Shown here piece by piece: positions 44,206 through 53,828 of a DNA stretch of 64,000 nucleotides; position 1 is the stretch's first letter, and each line of letters starts with the position of its first letter. The notes below the pieces were generated by a model that was not told the DNA's origin, did not search any database, and saw nothing but the letters and a program-made list of their open reading frames with translations. Source of the stretch: Anaerolineae bacterium (GTDB lineage: Bacteria; Chloroflexota; Anaerolineae; B4-G1; SLSP01); assembly GCA_049974845.1 (NCBI GenBank), contig JBNGCP010000002.1, forward strand, positions 47,127 through 111,126, read 5' to 3'. A program made the translations under genes and the position numbers.

Positions 44206-47200
44206 TCAGGGAGCAGGTGTTACTCCGTCCACGACAACCGGCAGATAGATCAGCCGTTGTAGGCAGAGATCCACGTCAACGTCGGCGCTGCCCACCACTC
44301 GGTTGCCCCAGCTATCCACCGCTTCCACCCTCACCGTGTACGTCCCGCACGTGGCATACGTGTGGCTGGCGTCCGCTGTCGCGTAGGCTGGCGTGTAGGA
44401 GCTGCCGTCACCGAAGTCCCACCTGAAGCTGACGCCGTGGGTGTCGGTGATATTCGAGGTAAGCTCCGCTTCAAAGACCGTAAGGCTGCTGGCATTATCC
44501 GGCGTGACGTTGTTGATTGTCACCATCGGCTCGTCAGCGGCCCAGGCAAGGAAGCCGGAGAGCAGCTCCGAGCGGCTCGTGCCGCCGTGGACATCATTTA
44601 CCCCCTCCAGCCCAAAGGTCGTGTAGACCGACCGGCCCAGGTAAGTGATACCGGGGCGCTCCAGGGTGGGCTGATCACGATGCGCCATTGCCACCACACC
44701 TTCGTCGATGTTGTTGGCGCCGGGATACATAAGAAGCGGCGTGTAGGCCAGCGGACCCTCCGTATCACCCGGCGAGGCCCAAGGTTGGGGAGCGATCTCG
44801 TCAACGTACCATTGGTTGCCCGCACCATCCTTGATGACGTGGGGCACAAGCTGCGCCCTCACTTCGCCGGCGGGGTTGTCGGTCGAGTGCACGTTGACGT
44901 ACAGATTGCCGGCCAGGTAGAGATTCAACAGCTGTTGTGTGAAGGTCAGATCCCCGCTCCAGCTCAACGTCTCCGTCACTACCTGGGTCTGGGTGAAGGG
45001 GAAGATCGGAACGAGCGCAGGCCCGTTCACGTCCACCGTGCCACTGTGAATGTGAGCGGCGGTGATGGACACCGTATCGCTGACGGCGAGCATCACCTGG
45101 TAATCAAAGGTGTTGGTATTCTGCTCGTAGCCGTAGACGATCTCACCTGAGGTGGTGGTCGCTACCGGCGGCACTTCGTTGTAGCCCGCCAGCACCGACC
45201 TGGTGAACATCGGGACGCCGATGTCCACGTCGAGGTCGGCCAGCGCCGCCGGGGCAGCGTCGTGCGGCACGATGCGCCGGCCCGGAGCGCCGAATGCCGT
45301 CACGCTGTCCTGCAGCCAGTTTCCGCCCAGCACAGCGCTGTAGAAGAACTCACCGCTGTCGGGAGCAGCGGAGCCGAGAACACTGGACAGATCCTGGCCC
45401 ATCGCGATGATGGTGCCGCCGGCATTCGCATACTCGGTCAGGATATTCATATCCAGCGAGGTGAGCGGTGTCGACACGGTGAAAGTCCCATCAGGGTAGA
45501 AGTTGTCGCCGGTGAAGATGAGGATCGTGTCGTAGGCCATCAGCGTTGCGGCGTCGGGGATCGTGGTAGCACGCCCGTAGTAAAGCCCGGCGTCCCACAC
45601 GTCGTACGTCAGGCCAATGTCATCCAGCGCATTGGTGTAGTAGGCGAGATAGTCAGGGAAGCCGAGCAACGAGTTGGCGCCGACATCGATGATCAACACA
45701 TCAGCTTCAGCGGGCATCGCCGTTGTGCGTGCCCACGCCGGTGCGTGCGCCTCATGCTGCTGATCGCCGGCGAGGATGATGAAGCCCTGATTGTCGCCGA
45801 TACCTGCGCTCGTCGTGCTGTCGAAGGTCACCGAGATTGTCGTCGACGCTCCCGGCGCCAGCGTGACCGAGCTCGGCGCCACAGAGAAGCCGGGCAGCGT
45901 CGTGGTCACATTCTCAAAACCGTCCCCGGTGTAGAGCGTGCTCAGCTCGTAGGTCTCCGTCGCATCGGTGATGTTCCTGACCGCGACGGTGAGCGTTTTG
46001 CTCGTCCCCGTCATCACAAGGCCGAAGCTCAGGCTTGGTGGGTCGAGGATGACGCCCGGGTCTGCGGCCTTCCCTACATCGATCCGCCCGGCGCCCATAT
46101 CCAGCGGCTGGGCGGGCGAGCCATCGGCGTTGTAGACCTCCAGATACTTGGACGTGGACATCAACGCCGACTTGATGTCGGCATTGGACCAGTCAGGATG
46201 GAGCGCCCGCAGCAGGGCCGCCGCGCCCGCAACGTGCGGCGCGGCCATCGAGGTACCGGAGGCCTGGCCATAGCCCAGGTGCCGATCCTCGCCGACGGCG
46301 CCGGGCGTAAAGCCTTGCGCTATGATGTTGACGCCAGGCGCAGCGACGTCGGGCTTGAGCACGTTGCCGACGCCAGGCCCGCGACTGCTGAAGTTGGCGA
46401 TGACGTCCGGAACGTTGCCAGCCTGGAAGGCGATGGTGTTGAGCTCGAGCACCGCATCGACGCCAGCCGTCTCGGCTTCGGCCTGCTTGTCGACCATCGC
46501 CTCGCCGGCCGTCTGGCCAATGAAGACCGAGGAGATAGTCACCTGGTCGGCGAAGTCGGCTCCAGCCATATTGATCAACTCATCGCCGTCATTATTATAG
46601 ATGACCGCGAATTCGGCACCGGCCTCTTGAGCGTAGTAGACCTTCGTACTGAAGGTGCAGCCACCCCGGCTGATGACGGCCGCGTGGCCTGTGAAGGCGT
46701 CAGCCGGGAACGGATCACACCCCGTAGTGTTTGCGGGGGTCACATTGGCAGCCGACAGGTACGTGTGCGTGATGACCGTGGCCTGCGGCAGCGGCGCGCC
46801 GAAATCAGCCGTTCCATAGGCGACGTTCTGTAACGTCGGTGAGATGGGTTCCGGCGCGATCACGCTCAACCGCCCGGCTCTATAGGTGCCGCCGGTCGAG
46901 CTCGCCGCCACATTGATGTAATCCGGGGAGGGATGGTCACCCGTCCCCAATCCGGGTCCGGCGTTGCCGTTGGACATTGAGACAAAGATCCCGGCCTCCG
47001 CGGCGTTGATCAGCGCCGCGTCCAGTGCGTCGAACTCACCTCCCAGGCTTCCCGGACCGCCACCCCAGGAGTTGTTGAGGACATCAGCGCCGTCGGCGAC
47101 GATATCCTCAAGGGCAGCGAGACCCTCTGCCGTGTAGAAGGAGCCGTCATTCGTCACGCTATTGTAGAAGACGCGATAGCTCATCAGCCACGCGCCCGGC

Positions 47201-48114
47201 GCAACGCCGCTCAGCGGCGGCACGTCAGCCCCCAGATATGTGACGTCCGTCATCACGTTGCCCGCGGCTATCGAGCCGGTGTGGTTACCGTGCGGCGTAC
47301 CTCTGGTGCCCGGCCAGGGATTCTCATCGCCAGCCGACGGGGGATCCCACTCACGGAAGTAGACGCGCGAGGCGATGATCTTGCCGTTGTTGTTCTCGGT
47401 AAAGCCCAGGCCGTTGGGTGGAAAATCGGCCGGATAGTCGAAACCCGTGCCGTCGAACATCGGGGCGGCGTGATGCAGCCCGCCATCCATGGAGGCGACT
47501 TTCACTCCGGCCCCGGCATCCGCCTGTCCGCCCAGCTCGCTCCACAGCACCGGAGCGTTGATCAGGTGTGTGCTGGTATACACTTGGGGCGTATAGGCAT
47601 AGTCCAGATAGACGCGCTTGACGCCGGGAAGGCCTGCCAAGGCGCGCCGGGCAGCTTCGGGACCCACCTCACCGGGATCGACCGCCAGGCCGTTGAAAAG
47701 GATCTGATAGGTGGCGGTTTCTCGGGCGCCAAACTCGTTAATGTAGCCACTGACAGACGCTTGCGGGAGGACCGATTGCATCGCGGTGCGGAACGCGGCT
47801 TGCTCGGTCTCCAGCCGCGATACGTAGGCCTGCGCAGCGGGAGCATCGACGTTCAGACGCCCGCCGACCGACTGTAAGGAGGGAACACTCTGAGACCATA
47901 CGGACAACGGAGGCGACTCCAACTCGACAATCAGCCGGTGCGATGTCCGAGGTGTCGAGGGCTCAAGCTCAGCGGGAGAGTCGGCAGCTTGTCTGATCGG
48001 AGCTGCCAGCTCAACCGTCTCCGATCCGTCCGGTGCCTGAGCGGCAACGGGCGTGATCGCCAGCAACATCGCAAACAGAAGCAGAATATTCAGCCAACGT
48101 AGCTTTGTCATCAT
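44206..48114 (-). CDS. Secreted S8 family subtilisin-like serine peptidase with PA, CHRD and PKD domains
   Basis: Signal peptide MMTKLRWLNILLLFAMLLAITPVAAQA. Catalytic triad motifs: Asp (VASMDGG), His (HGNHTGSIAAGN), Ser (GTSMAAPHVAGAAALL). CHRD (AAHIHSGTVDVNGPALV...NLYVNVHST). C-terminal PKD (FRWDFGDGS). AAAGGA RBS. Confidence 0.85.
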   Translation of the reverse strand: MMTKLRWLNILLLFAMLLAITPVAAQAPDGSETVELAAPIRQAADSPAELEPSTPRTSHRLIVELESPPLSVWSQSVPSLQSVGGRLNVDAPAAQAYVSRLETEQAAFRTAMQSVLPQASVSGYINEFGARETATYQILFNGLAVDPGEVGPEAARRALAGLPGVKRVYLDYAYTPQVYTSTHLINAPVLWSELGGQADAGAGVKVASMDGGLHHAAPMFDGTGFDYPADFPPNGLGFTENNNGKIIASRVYFREWDPPSAGDENPWPGTRGTPHGNHTGSIAAGNVMTDVTYLGADVPPLSGVAPGAWLMSYRVFYNSVTNDGSFYTAEGLAALEDIVADGADVLNNSWGGGPGSLGGEFDALDAALINAAEAGIFVSMSNGNAGPGLGTGDHPSPDYINVAASSTGGTYRAGRLSVIAPEPISPTLQNVAYGTADFGAPLPQATVITHTYLSAANVTPANTTGCDPFPADAFTGHAAVISRGGCTFSTKVYYAQEAGAEFAVIYNNDGDELINMAGADFADQVTISSVFIGQTAGEAMVDKQAEAETAGVDAVLELNTIAFQAGNVPDVIANFSSRGPGVGNVLKPDVAAPGVNIIAQGFTPGAVGEDRHLGYGQASGTSMAAPHVAGAAALLRALHPDWSNADIKSALMSTSKYLEVYNADGSPAQPLDMGAGRIDVGKAADPGVILDPPSLSFGLVMTGTSKTLTVAVRNITDATETYELSTLYTGDGFENVTTTLPGFSVAPSSVTLAPGASTTISVTFDSTTSAGIGDNQGFIILAGDQQHEAHAPAWARTTAMPAEADVLIIDVGANSLLGFPDYLAYYTNALDDIGLTYDVWDAGLYYGRATTIPDAATLMAYDTILIFTGDNFYPDGTFTVSTPLTSLDMNILTEYANAGGTIIAMGQDLSSVLGSAAPDSGEFFYSAVLGGNWLQDSVTAFGAPGRRIVPHDAAPAALADLDVDIGVPMFTRSVLAGYNEVPPVATTTSGEIVYGYEQNTNTFDYQVMLAVSDTVSITAAHIHSGTVDVNGPALVPIFPFTQTQVVTETLSWSGDLTFTQQLLNLYLAGNLYVNVHSTDNPAGEVRAQLVPHVIKDGAGNQWYVDEIAPQPWASPGDTEGPLAYTPLLMYPGANNIDEGVVAMAHRDQPTLERPGITYLGRSVYTTFGLEGVNDVHGGTSRSELLSGFLAWAADEPMVTINNVTPDNASSLTVFEAELTSNITDTHGVSFRWDFGDGSSYTPAYATADASHTYATCGTYTVRVEAVDSWGNRVVGSADVDVDLCLQRLIYLPVVVDGVTPAP

Positions 48115-48301
48115 GACTGTCCTTTCGGGAACCTGGAATCGGGTACTCTGAAGCACCTCAGACTCAAGCCTTCTGAAGCTTCCGCGACTTCGCTGACACC
48201 TCCTTCTAGACTCAAGACACACCCCGTACCCCCAAAGGGCAGGAACACCGGATCATAGATGTTCCCGCCCTTTGACATCCCTCACGATCCACTCCACTGC
48301 G

Positions 48302-48655
48302 TCAGTCGCTGCCCTGATAGATGCGGTCGGTCTTGGCTGCAGCGATGAAGTCGTTGCGATGCAGCCCGCCTATCTTGTGAGTCCACCAGGTAACGGTCAC
48401 GCGTCCCCACTCCAAGACAATCTTGGGATGATGGTCCTGTTCCTCCGCCATCTCCCCCACGGCGTTCGTGAACGCGAGAGCCTGCACAAAGTCGGGAAAC
48501 GAGAGATCGCGTTCCAGCCGCTTGATCCCTTCTCGCTCCACCACCTCCCACTCCGGCACCTGCGAGTGCAGTTCGGAGATCGCGTCCTCCCCTAGCGGCG
48601 TGCCACCCTCCTTACAGGGCGTGCACGTCTCCACGGCAAGGTCCAGATCGGTCAT
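48302..48655 (-). CDS. Pterin-4a-carbinolamine dehydratase (PCD/DCoH) family protein
   Basis: EEQDHHPKIVLEWGRVTVTWWTHKIGGLHRNDFIAAAKTD is the classic PCD motif. ATG at 48655 with GGAAGGAGGG 5 nt upstream; the ORF-track start is a GTG with no SD. Confidence 0.8.
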   Translation of the reverse strand: MTDLDLAVETCTPCKEGGTPLGEDAISELHSQVPEWEVVEREGIKRLERDLSFPDFVQALAFTNAVGEMAEEQDHHPKIVLEWGRVTVTWWTHKIGGLHRNDFIAAAKTDRIYQGSD

Positions 48656-48692
48656 AGGCACCCTCCTTCCAGATGTCACCGTGTGGTGACGA

Positions 48693-49442
48693 TCACGCCA
48701 GCTTGCAGATCGCGCCCGCCTGCTTGATCCGCAAGGCTATCGTCTCCAACACCCTGAAGCTGTGATCCAACCCTTCGTTTCCTTGGTACGCCGCGATGAG
48801 ATCTTGACCGACGACCAGATCGAAGTTATAGGCGCCTAGCGATAGGACCAGTCCCTGCTGACCCTCCAACAATGGCGAGCGGAAGAGCCCACCCTCAGCA
48901 ACATCCTGAACGAGGTGACGGACCAGTCGCCCCATGCCCTGCATCATCTGTTGCGTCTTGGTATAGAGCGCCGGGCTTAGCACCACAGCATAGGGGCCGA
49001 AGAAACCATCGGCAAAGAGCTGTTCGGTCGCCGATACGATGTCCGTCAACGCCCCGCCCCGCTCATCCCAGTCGCCCAACTCGACGCTCTTATCGGCGGC
49101 GTCCAGGAGCTCATTGAGGATCATCCGATCCTCAGCCTGCGCACAGGCCATCGCGGCATGCGCTGCTGCCCCTGTCTCCAGGGGAAGACCGGTCTTGCGG
49201 CTGGCTTCGATGGCTTGCCAGTACAGCATAAAAGACTCTTCGATGACTTCCAGCCGGACAAACTCACGATCCGCGCCCGTCCCAACAGGTACGAGCTCAA
49301 CCCCTGGGCCCATAGGCCCCTTCAAATCGAGGAAGCGCCGCCCCACCAGGAACTGACGGGCTGTCGCGACCACGGTCTCATCAACCCGCTCCCACTCCGA
49401 ATCCGTCAAAGGTGCATCACCCCGCATCAAATACTCACTCAT
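48693..49442 (-). CDS. Family 1 encapsulin nanocompartment shell protein (Linocin M18-like, HK97 fold)
   Basis: 249 aa. N-terminal APLTDSEWERVDE...LVGRRFLDLKGPMG and C-terminal LVVGQDLIAAYQGNEG...FRVLETIALRIK are collinear with characterised encapsulins such as the T. maritima shell protein. Confidence 0.8.
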   Translation of the reverse strand: MSEYLMRGDAPLTDSEWERVDETVVATARQFLVGRRFLDLKGPMGPGVELVPVGTGADREFVRLEVIEESFMLYWQAIEASRKTGLPLETGAAAHAAMACAQAEDRMILNELLDAADKSVELGDWDERGGALTDIVSATEQLFADGFFGPYAVVLSPALYTKTQQMMQGMGRLVRHLVQDVAEGGLFRSPLLEGQQGLVLSLGAYNFDLVVGQDLIAAYQGNEGLDHSFRVLETIALRIKQAGAICKLA

Positions 49443-49451
49443 GGTTTCCTC

Positions 49452-50441
49452 CTATTCTTCTCTTAACCTTAGGCTACCTACTGTGAATTGGCCTGCTGAC
49501 GGCTTCGGCTCCTTGTCTGGTTTCGATTCCACCGGCTGCGGTGGCGTGGGAGCCGGCGCCTTCTTTGCTGCGGCTTCCTCGGCCTCCTCCATCAACTCTC
49601 TCGTCACCGTGGCCAGGAGCCCATTGCGAGTCACCATGTTATCGATCTCGATGACCAGATCAGGGTGATCCTCGAGCTCAGGATCCTGGGCCAGCACGGT
49701 GAAGCGCTCGCGGGCTTCCTCGGTGAGCTCCAAGTCGGACGCCAGCGCGGGCAGAACTGCACGACTCATATCCACACCAGGATAGTCGAAGGGCAGCTCC
49801 TCCCCCATCTCGCTCAACTCCTCGGCAAAGTGAGACATATGCTTCATATGGCGCATCGCCGAGAGCTCCACCTCACTTCCCACCGGGCAGATGAAGTCCT
49901 CAAAAACGAAGGCGTGACGAAGCTGCTGGAGCACCAGTTTGTACTGCTCGTCAACCTCTTTGTGGAAGCGCTGCATCATATCGGGCGAAAACGCAGCCTC
50001 TTCGAACTCCAGCGGCTCCTCACCCTCAGGTCCGAGCTTCTCCAGCCAGCTCTGGAAGCGACGACGGTGTGTCAAAGACTCCCATCCAAGCTGCAGCAGA
50101 ATGCGCTTCAGCTCTCGGTCCTCCACCCCCGCCGCTTGCTCCTCGTACATCTTGATGAGATCCTCCTCAAACTCGATGTAGGAGCGCAGCAACGCGGCGT
50201 TGGACGTGCCCTCGTACGGATAGTCCGCCTTCCGCATGTCGGGCTCCGCACCCATCTCCCCGATCTCATCCCCAAGCCAGTTCATATGCCACATCTCCTC
50301 CCGCGCAGTGGAGAGCAGCATTTGACCCAGAGGCGTGTCTTCGCCAACCTGGTAGGCGTGAATGAGGTAGCGGAGAATGGATGCATGTTCGTCGGCAAGA
50401 TCCTTGTTGAGCATCTCTATGAGCCCTTCTCGATCCATCAA
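49452..50441 (-). CDS. Encapsulin cargo protein: tandem bacterioferritin/ferritin-like four-helix-bundle domains with C-terminal encapsulin targeting peptide
   Basis: Domain 1 carries the Bfr-like di-iron ligand pattern (LNKDLADEHASILRYL, REEMWHMNWLGDEIGEMG, EEDLIKMYEEQ, ESLTHRRRFQSWLEKLG). Domain 2 is the same fold with the ligands largely lost. A Pro/Lys/Ala-rich linker is followed by ...GQFTVGSLRLREE (GSL-type targeting peptide). It lies 9 nt upstream of the shell gene. Confidence 0.7.
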   Translation of the reverse strand: MMDREGLIEMLNKDLADEHASILRYLIHAYQVGEDTPLGQMLLSTAREEMWHMNWLGDEIGEMGAEPDMRKADYPYEGTSNAALLRSYIEFEEDLIKMYEEQAAGVEDRELKRILLQLGWESLTHRRRFQSWLEKLGPEGEEPLEFEEAAFSPDMMQRFHKEVDEQYKLVLQQLRHAFVFEDFICPVGSEVELSAMRHMKHMSHFAEELSEMGEELPFDYPGVDMSRAVLPALASDLELTEEARERFTVLAQDPELEDHPDLVIEIDNMVTRNGLLATVTRELMEEAEEAAAKKAPAPTPPQPVESKPDKEPKPSAGQFTVGSLRLREE

Positions 50442-50544
50442 TGACCCTCCTTGTCACGTCTCGAGATACCGAAGCCGGTGCACATAGATTAACACCAGAC
50501 GGCCAGCTCTGCAAGCTTAGTCTATGTCGCTTCTCTGCCGGCGC

Positions 50545-51792
50545 TCAGTGCTTGAAGCTCCGCTGGCCCGTGAATACCATCGTCGCGCCGGCCTCGTTCA
50601 CCGCTTCAATGACCTCGTAGTCGCGAATCGAACCACCTGGTTGGATGACAGCGGTGACGCCTTCCCTGAGGCCCACGTCAACCCCATCGCGGAAAGGGAA
50701 GAAACCGTCAGAGACCATAGCGGCGCCCTTGAGACCGCCATGTGCTTCCGCGACCTCGCGATCGATCTCCTCGGCATACTCGGGCTCCAGAAAGCGATAG
50801 GGCGTCTGATAACGCATGTAGGCAAGACGCTCGCCCATGTTGCGGTAAGCCTTGTCCCGCGCGATCACCGCCACGCCCACGCGATCCTGCTCGCCGCCCC
50901 CGATCCCCACCGTGACCCCATTCTTCACGTACAGAACCGAATTCGAGGTCACGCCGGCCTCAACCATCCAGCCGAAGAGCATGTCGTCGATTTCGCTCTC
51001 CGTTGGCGCTCGCGCGACCCTGTAAGTCTCACCCTTCCGTGTGGTCTCCGCCGGTATCAGGTCCTCCGCCGTGCGAACGGAGGGCACGAACGACAGCTGC
51101 GCGATCACGGCGCCGTCAATCAACGACTTGAAGTCAATATACTGCTCCGTCGCGAAGCTCCTGAGCCGCTCGAGCGCCCGGATCCGCATAATCCGCAGGT
51201 TCTTGCGCCCAGCCAGAATCTCGATAGTCCCCTCCTCGTACTCAGGCGCGACGACCACCTCCGCATACCGGCACGCGATAGCCTCTGCCGTCCCCTTGTC
51301 CACGGCACGGTTGAGCCCGATGCATCCACCGAAGGCCGCGATATGGTCTGCCAGGTCCGCCTTAATGTAAGCATCCTCCAAGCTATCCCCGATCGCCACC
51401 CCAGCCGGGTTGTTGTGCTTCATCACCGCCGCCGCCGGTCGATCGGGCAGATAGCGCAGGATGTTCAGGGCGTTGTCCGCATCGGTCAGATTGATCTTCC
51501 CCGGATGTTTGCCGAACTGCAGCAGCTCGGCATCGGAGACCAGATAGCGACCGGGCGCGATCGTCGTCACGTCACCCAGCGTCAGGTTGCCGTTGATCAG
51601 CCTATAGAGCGCGGCCTCCTGACCGGGATTCTCCCCATAGCGAAGGCCTTTGCGCTCACCCTCGATCTCCCACGTCACCTTCTCGTAGATCAGCGTCGAT
51701 CGACGCTCATCAAAGACGAAACTGATCTCCATCCGTGGTGGGAAGTTGTCCTCTAGGATCGTCCGGTAAGCCTTCTTGAGGTCGGTTGTCAT
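50545..51792 (-). CDS. purH: AICAR transformylase domain protein (PurH C-terminal half as a separate gene)
   Basis: AICARFT motifs [38 protein letters not shown]. Own start MTTDL at 51792 with GGGGGAGAGAG SD directly upstream. The N-terminal extension in the ORF track is out-of-frame read-through. Confidence 0.75.
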   Translation of the reverse strand: MTTDLKKAYRTILEDNFPPRMEISFVFDERRSTLIYEKVTWEIEGERKGLRYGENPGQEAALYRLINGNLTLGDVTTIAPGRYLVSDAELLQFGKHPGKINLTDADNALNILRYLPDRPAAAVMKHNNPAGVAIGDSLEDAYIKADLADHIAAFGGCIGLNRAVDKGTAEAIACRYAEVVVAPEYEEGTIEILAGRKNLRIMRIRALERLRSFATEQYIDFKSLIDGAVIAQLSFVPSVRTAEDLIPAETTRKGETYRVARAPTESEIDDMLFGWMVEAGVTSNSVLYVKNGVTVGIGGGEQDRVGVAVIARDKAYRNMGERLAYMRYQTPYRFLEPEYAEEIDREVAEAHGGLKGAAMVSDGFFPFRDGVDVGLREGVTAVIQPGGSIRDYEVIEAVNEAGATMVFTGQRSFKH

Positions 51793-51844
51793 CTCTCTCC
51801 CCCTCTGTTCTCCCGTGTCTGCATCGTTGCTGGTCCAAGCGTTG

Positions 51845-52525
51845 CTACAAAAGCGTATAGAGCTGCGGCACCTGGGTGTGCTCCTGCTTGCCAAGGTAGT
51901 CGGCGATAGCGGCGTCGTACGCCGCCGTATGGCGAAACGCCTTGCGCGCGTAGACGAACCGGGTCTCGAGGTTCAGCGCCCCATCTCCCAGCCGAAGTGC
52001 GCCCAGCAAAGCCACGTAGTCCGCCGGATCCACCACCGGTGTGACCCGAAGGTAGTTCTTGGCCGCTGCACGCAGCATGCAAGGCCCCCCTATGTCGATG
52101 TTGGCCCGAGCCTGCTCGACCGTCACACCCGCACTAGCCACCGTCGCCTCGAACGGATAGAGGTTCACCACCACCATGTCGATCGGGATGGCGCCAGTCC
52201 GCGCCAAATCGGCCTGATGCGCATCGTTGTAGGTCTCGGTGAGCAACCCCAGGTAGACGCGAAAGTCCAGTGTCTTCACCAGCCCTCCCTGTGTCTCCGG
52301 TTGCCCCGTGTACTCGGCAACGGCCGTGAGCGTCCCCTCCGCGACCTCAGGGCCCAGAATCTCCGTAATCGCACGATAAGTCCCTCCGGTCGAATAGATG
52401 CGGACATCGGGATTGATCTCCAGTAGGCCGGGAATCAGGGCCTCAAGCCCGGACTTATCCGACACGCTGACCAGCACCCGTCGGATCTGCACCCAATCAT
52501 CGACCCTGTCTACGAAGTTCACCAT
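51845..52525 (-). CDS. purH: IMP cyclohydrolase (MGS-like) domain protein (PurH N-terminal half as a separate gene)
   Basis: RVLVSVSDKSGL, GGTYRAI, VVVNLYPF, IDIGGPCMLRAAAKN. Ends with its own stop. Start at M19 (52525) has AAGGAG 9 nt upstream. Confidence 0.75.
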   Translation of the reverse strand: MVNFVDRVDDWVQIRRVLVSVSDKSGLEALIPGLLEINPDVRIYSTGGTYRAITEILGPEVAEGTLTAVAEYTGQPETQGGLVKTLDFRVYLGLLTETYNDAHQADLARTGAIPIDMVVVNLYPFEATVASAGVTVEQARANIDIGGPCMLRAAAKNYLRVTPVVDPADYVALLGALRLGDGALNLETRFVYARKAFRHTAAYDAAIADYLGKQEHTQVPQLYTLL

Positions 52526-52658
52526 AGAGTACATCTCCTTCGCCTTGATATCTCTTGCTTCAATGACAGTGAGAAGCACAACCCAACATCATCTGGTGAG
52601 CACTGGGCAAGCGGCTGGCAGCAAGCACTGCGAGGCGGACGTCAAGCGGCACAACTGC

Positions 52659-53147
52659 CTACTCTACCTTCACAGCAAGCACGGAACAATGTGCATACTG
52701 AATAACCCGTGCTGTCAGGGTCCCACTCAACCCCCGTCGTGCGCTTTCAAGTTGAGCCTCGCCGATCACGATGAGATCTGCACCCAACTCACGGGCTACA
52801 TCCGCGATCTGGGCGTGCGGTATTCCGCGTCGCACAACCCGACTGCAGCTCACGCCCTGCGCTTTGGCGATTCCAGCTACGTGCGCGAGATAGTACCAGC
52901 CCTTTTGCTCCAGGCTTCGACGCACGGCTTCCTCAGTCTCGTCGGATGTTGCCACGACCTCATCCACAGCTCGATTGTCCACGATGTAGATAGCGGTCAG
53001 CGGCAGCCTATGAATCGCCGCCATATGGATGGCTATCCGACCGGCCCGAATCGAGGCGTCCGACCCGTCAATCGGCACCAAGATACGTGTGAATGGGCTG
53101 TCCGGCGCCTGTCTGTCGTGCTTCGCAACCTCTGAGTTATCCTGCAC
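52659..53147 (-). CDS. Universal stress protein (UspA family)
   Basis: ILVPIDGSDAS...GADLIVIG...GS...HCSVLAV Usp pattern. Confidence 0.75.
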   Translation of the reverse strand: MQDNSEVAKHDRQAPDSPFTRILVPIDGSDASIRAGRIAIHMAAIHRLPLTAIYIVDNRAVDEVVATSDETEEAVRRSLEQKGWYYLAHVAGIAKAQGVSCSRVVRRGIPHAQIADVARELGADLIVIGEAQLESARRGLSGTLTARVIQYAHCSVLAVKVE

Positions 53148-53183
53148 CGTTCACCTCCGGGCTTGTCCCCGTGCAACAACGAG

Positions 53184-53828
53184 TCACCGGTTACCCTCGC
53201 CCTGACGATTGATGCCGTGCTCGGCTTTGATGCGCTTGAGCCGAAAGAGCTCTTCGCGCTCTCTCTCCTCTAGGACGCTCTCGATATAGTCGACCCGCTC
53301 TTCATATTCCAGTATGAAGACATGCTCCAACGCGTTGACCCTGCGTTGTGTTTTCTGTAGCTCCCTTGCCAGGCGCCACACCGTCGTGATCAGCTCCGCC
53401 AGCTCCGGTATCTCATCAAGCACATTACGAAAGCGAGTGGCTGCTTCATCAAGGGAGACCGTCGTGTTCCCCATTCCGTACGGGATTTCGGGAGGGGCGC
53501 CCTTTGCTGATACCTGTGGCACCGGAACGCCCATTATGCTACTGAGTCTGACCTCGACCTCGGTAGTCTTGTTCACAGAGAGAGCAGCCCATACCAGGTG
53601 CTCGCGACCCATGACGAGCCGCGCCAGCTGCAACGCGTCATATGCATCTGCCAGCAACTTCTCAACCCTAGAGCGCATCCTCCGCGCATCATCAGCAACC
53701 CGCAGAAGCTCACTGGTCAAGACTTCGCGCTTTCGGTCGAGGATGTCGTGCCCCTCCCTGGCCAGCTCCAAGGTCTCACGGGCACGGATCAGGTTGCTCT
53801 TTGTCGGCGCGACTGACCACTGACTCAT
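53184..53828 (-). CDS. atpD: V/A-type ATP synthase subunit D
   Basis: Coiled-coil [37 protein letters not shown] and later conserved D-subunit pattern. Overlaps atpB by 4 nt. Confidence 0.8.
   Translation of the reverse strand: MSQWSVAPTKSNLIRARETLELAREGHDILDRKREVLTSELLRVADDARRMRSRVEKLLADAYDALQLARLVMGREHLVWAALSVNKTTEVEVRLSSIMGVPVPQVSAKGAPPEIPYGMGNTTVSLDEAATRFRNVLDEIPELAELITTVWRLARELQKTQRRVNALEHVFILEYEERVDYIESVLEEREREELFRLKRIKAEHGINRQGEGNR

Noticed and set aside
48223-48301. Imperfect 11-bp stem AAAGGGCAGGAA...TTCCCGCCCTTT downstream of the encapsulin/PCD operon.
   Set aside because: It could terminate the operon, but the minus-strand tail is G-rich rather than U-rich. Left as an observation only.
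51792-51894. Possibility that the split purH is simply an overlapping frameshifted single gene.
   Set aside because: Not fully rejected. The C-terminal half has its own strong SD and ATG, and the N-terminal half has a clean stop, so it is reported as two genes. Read-level verification is still needed.
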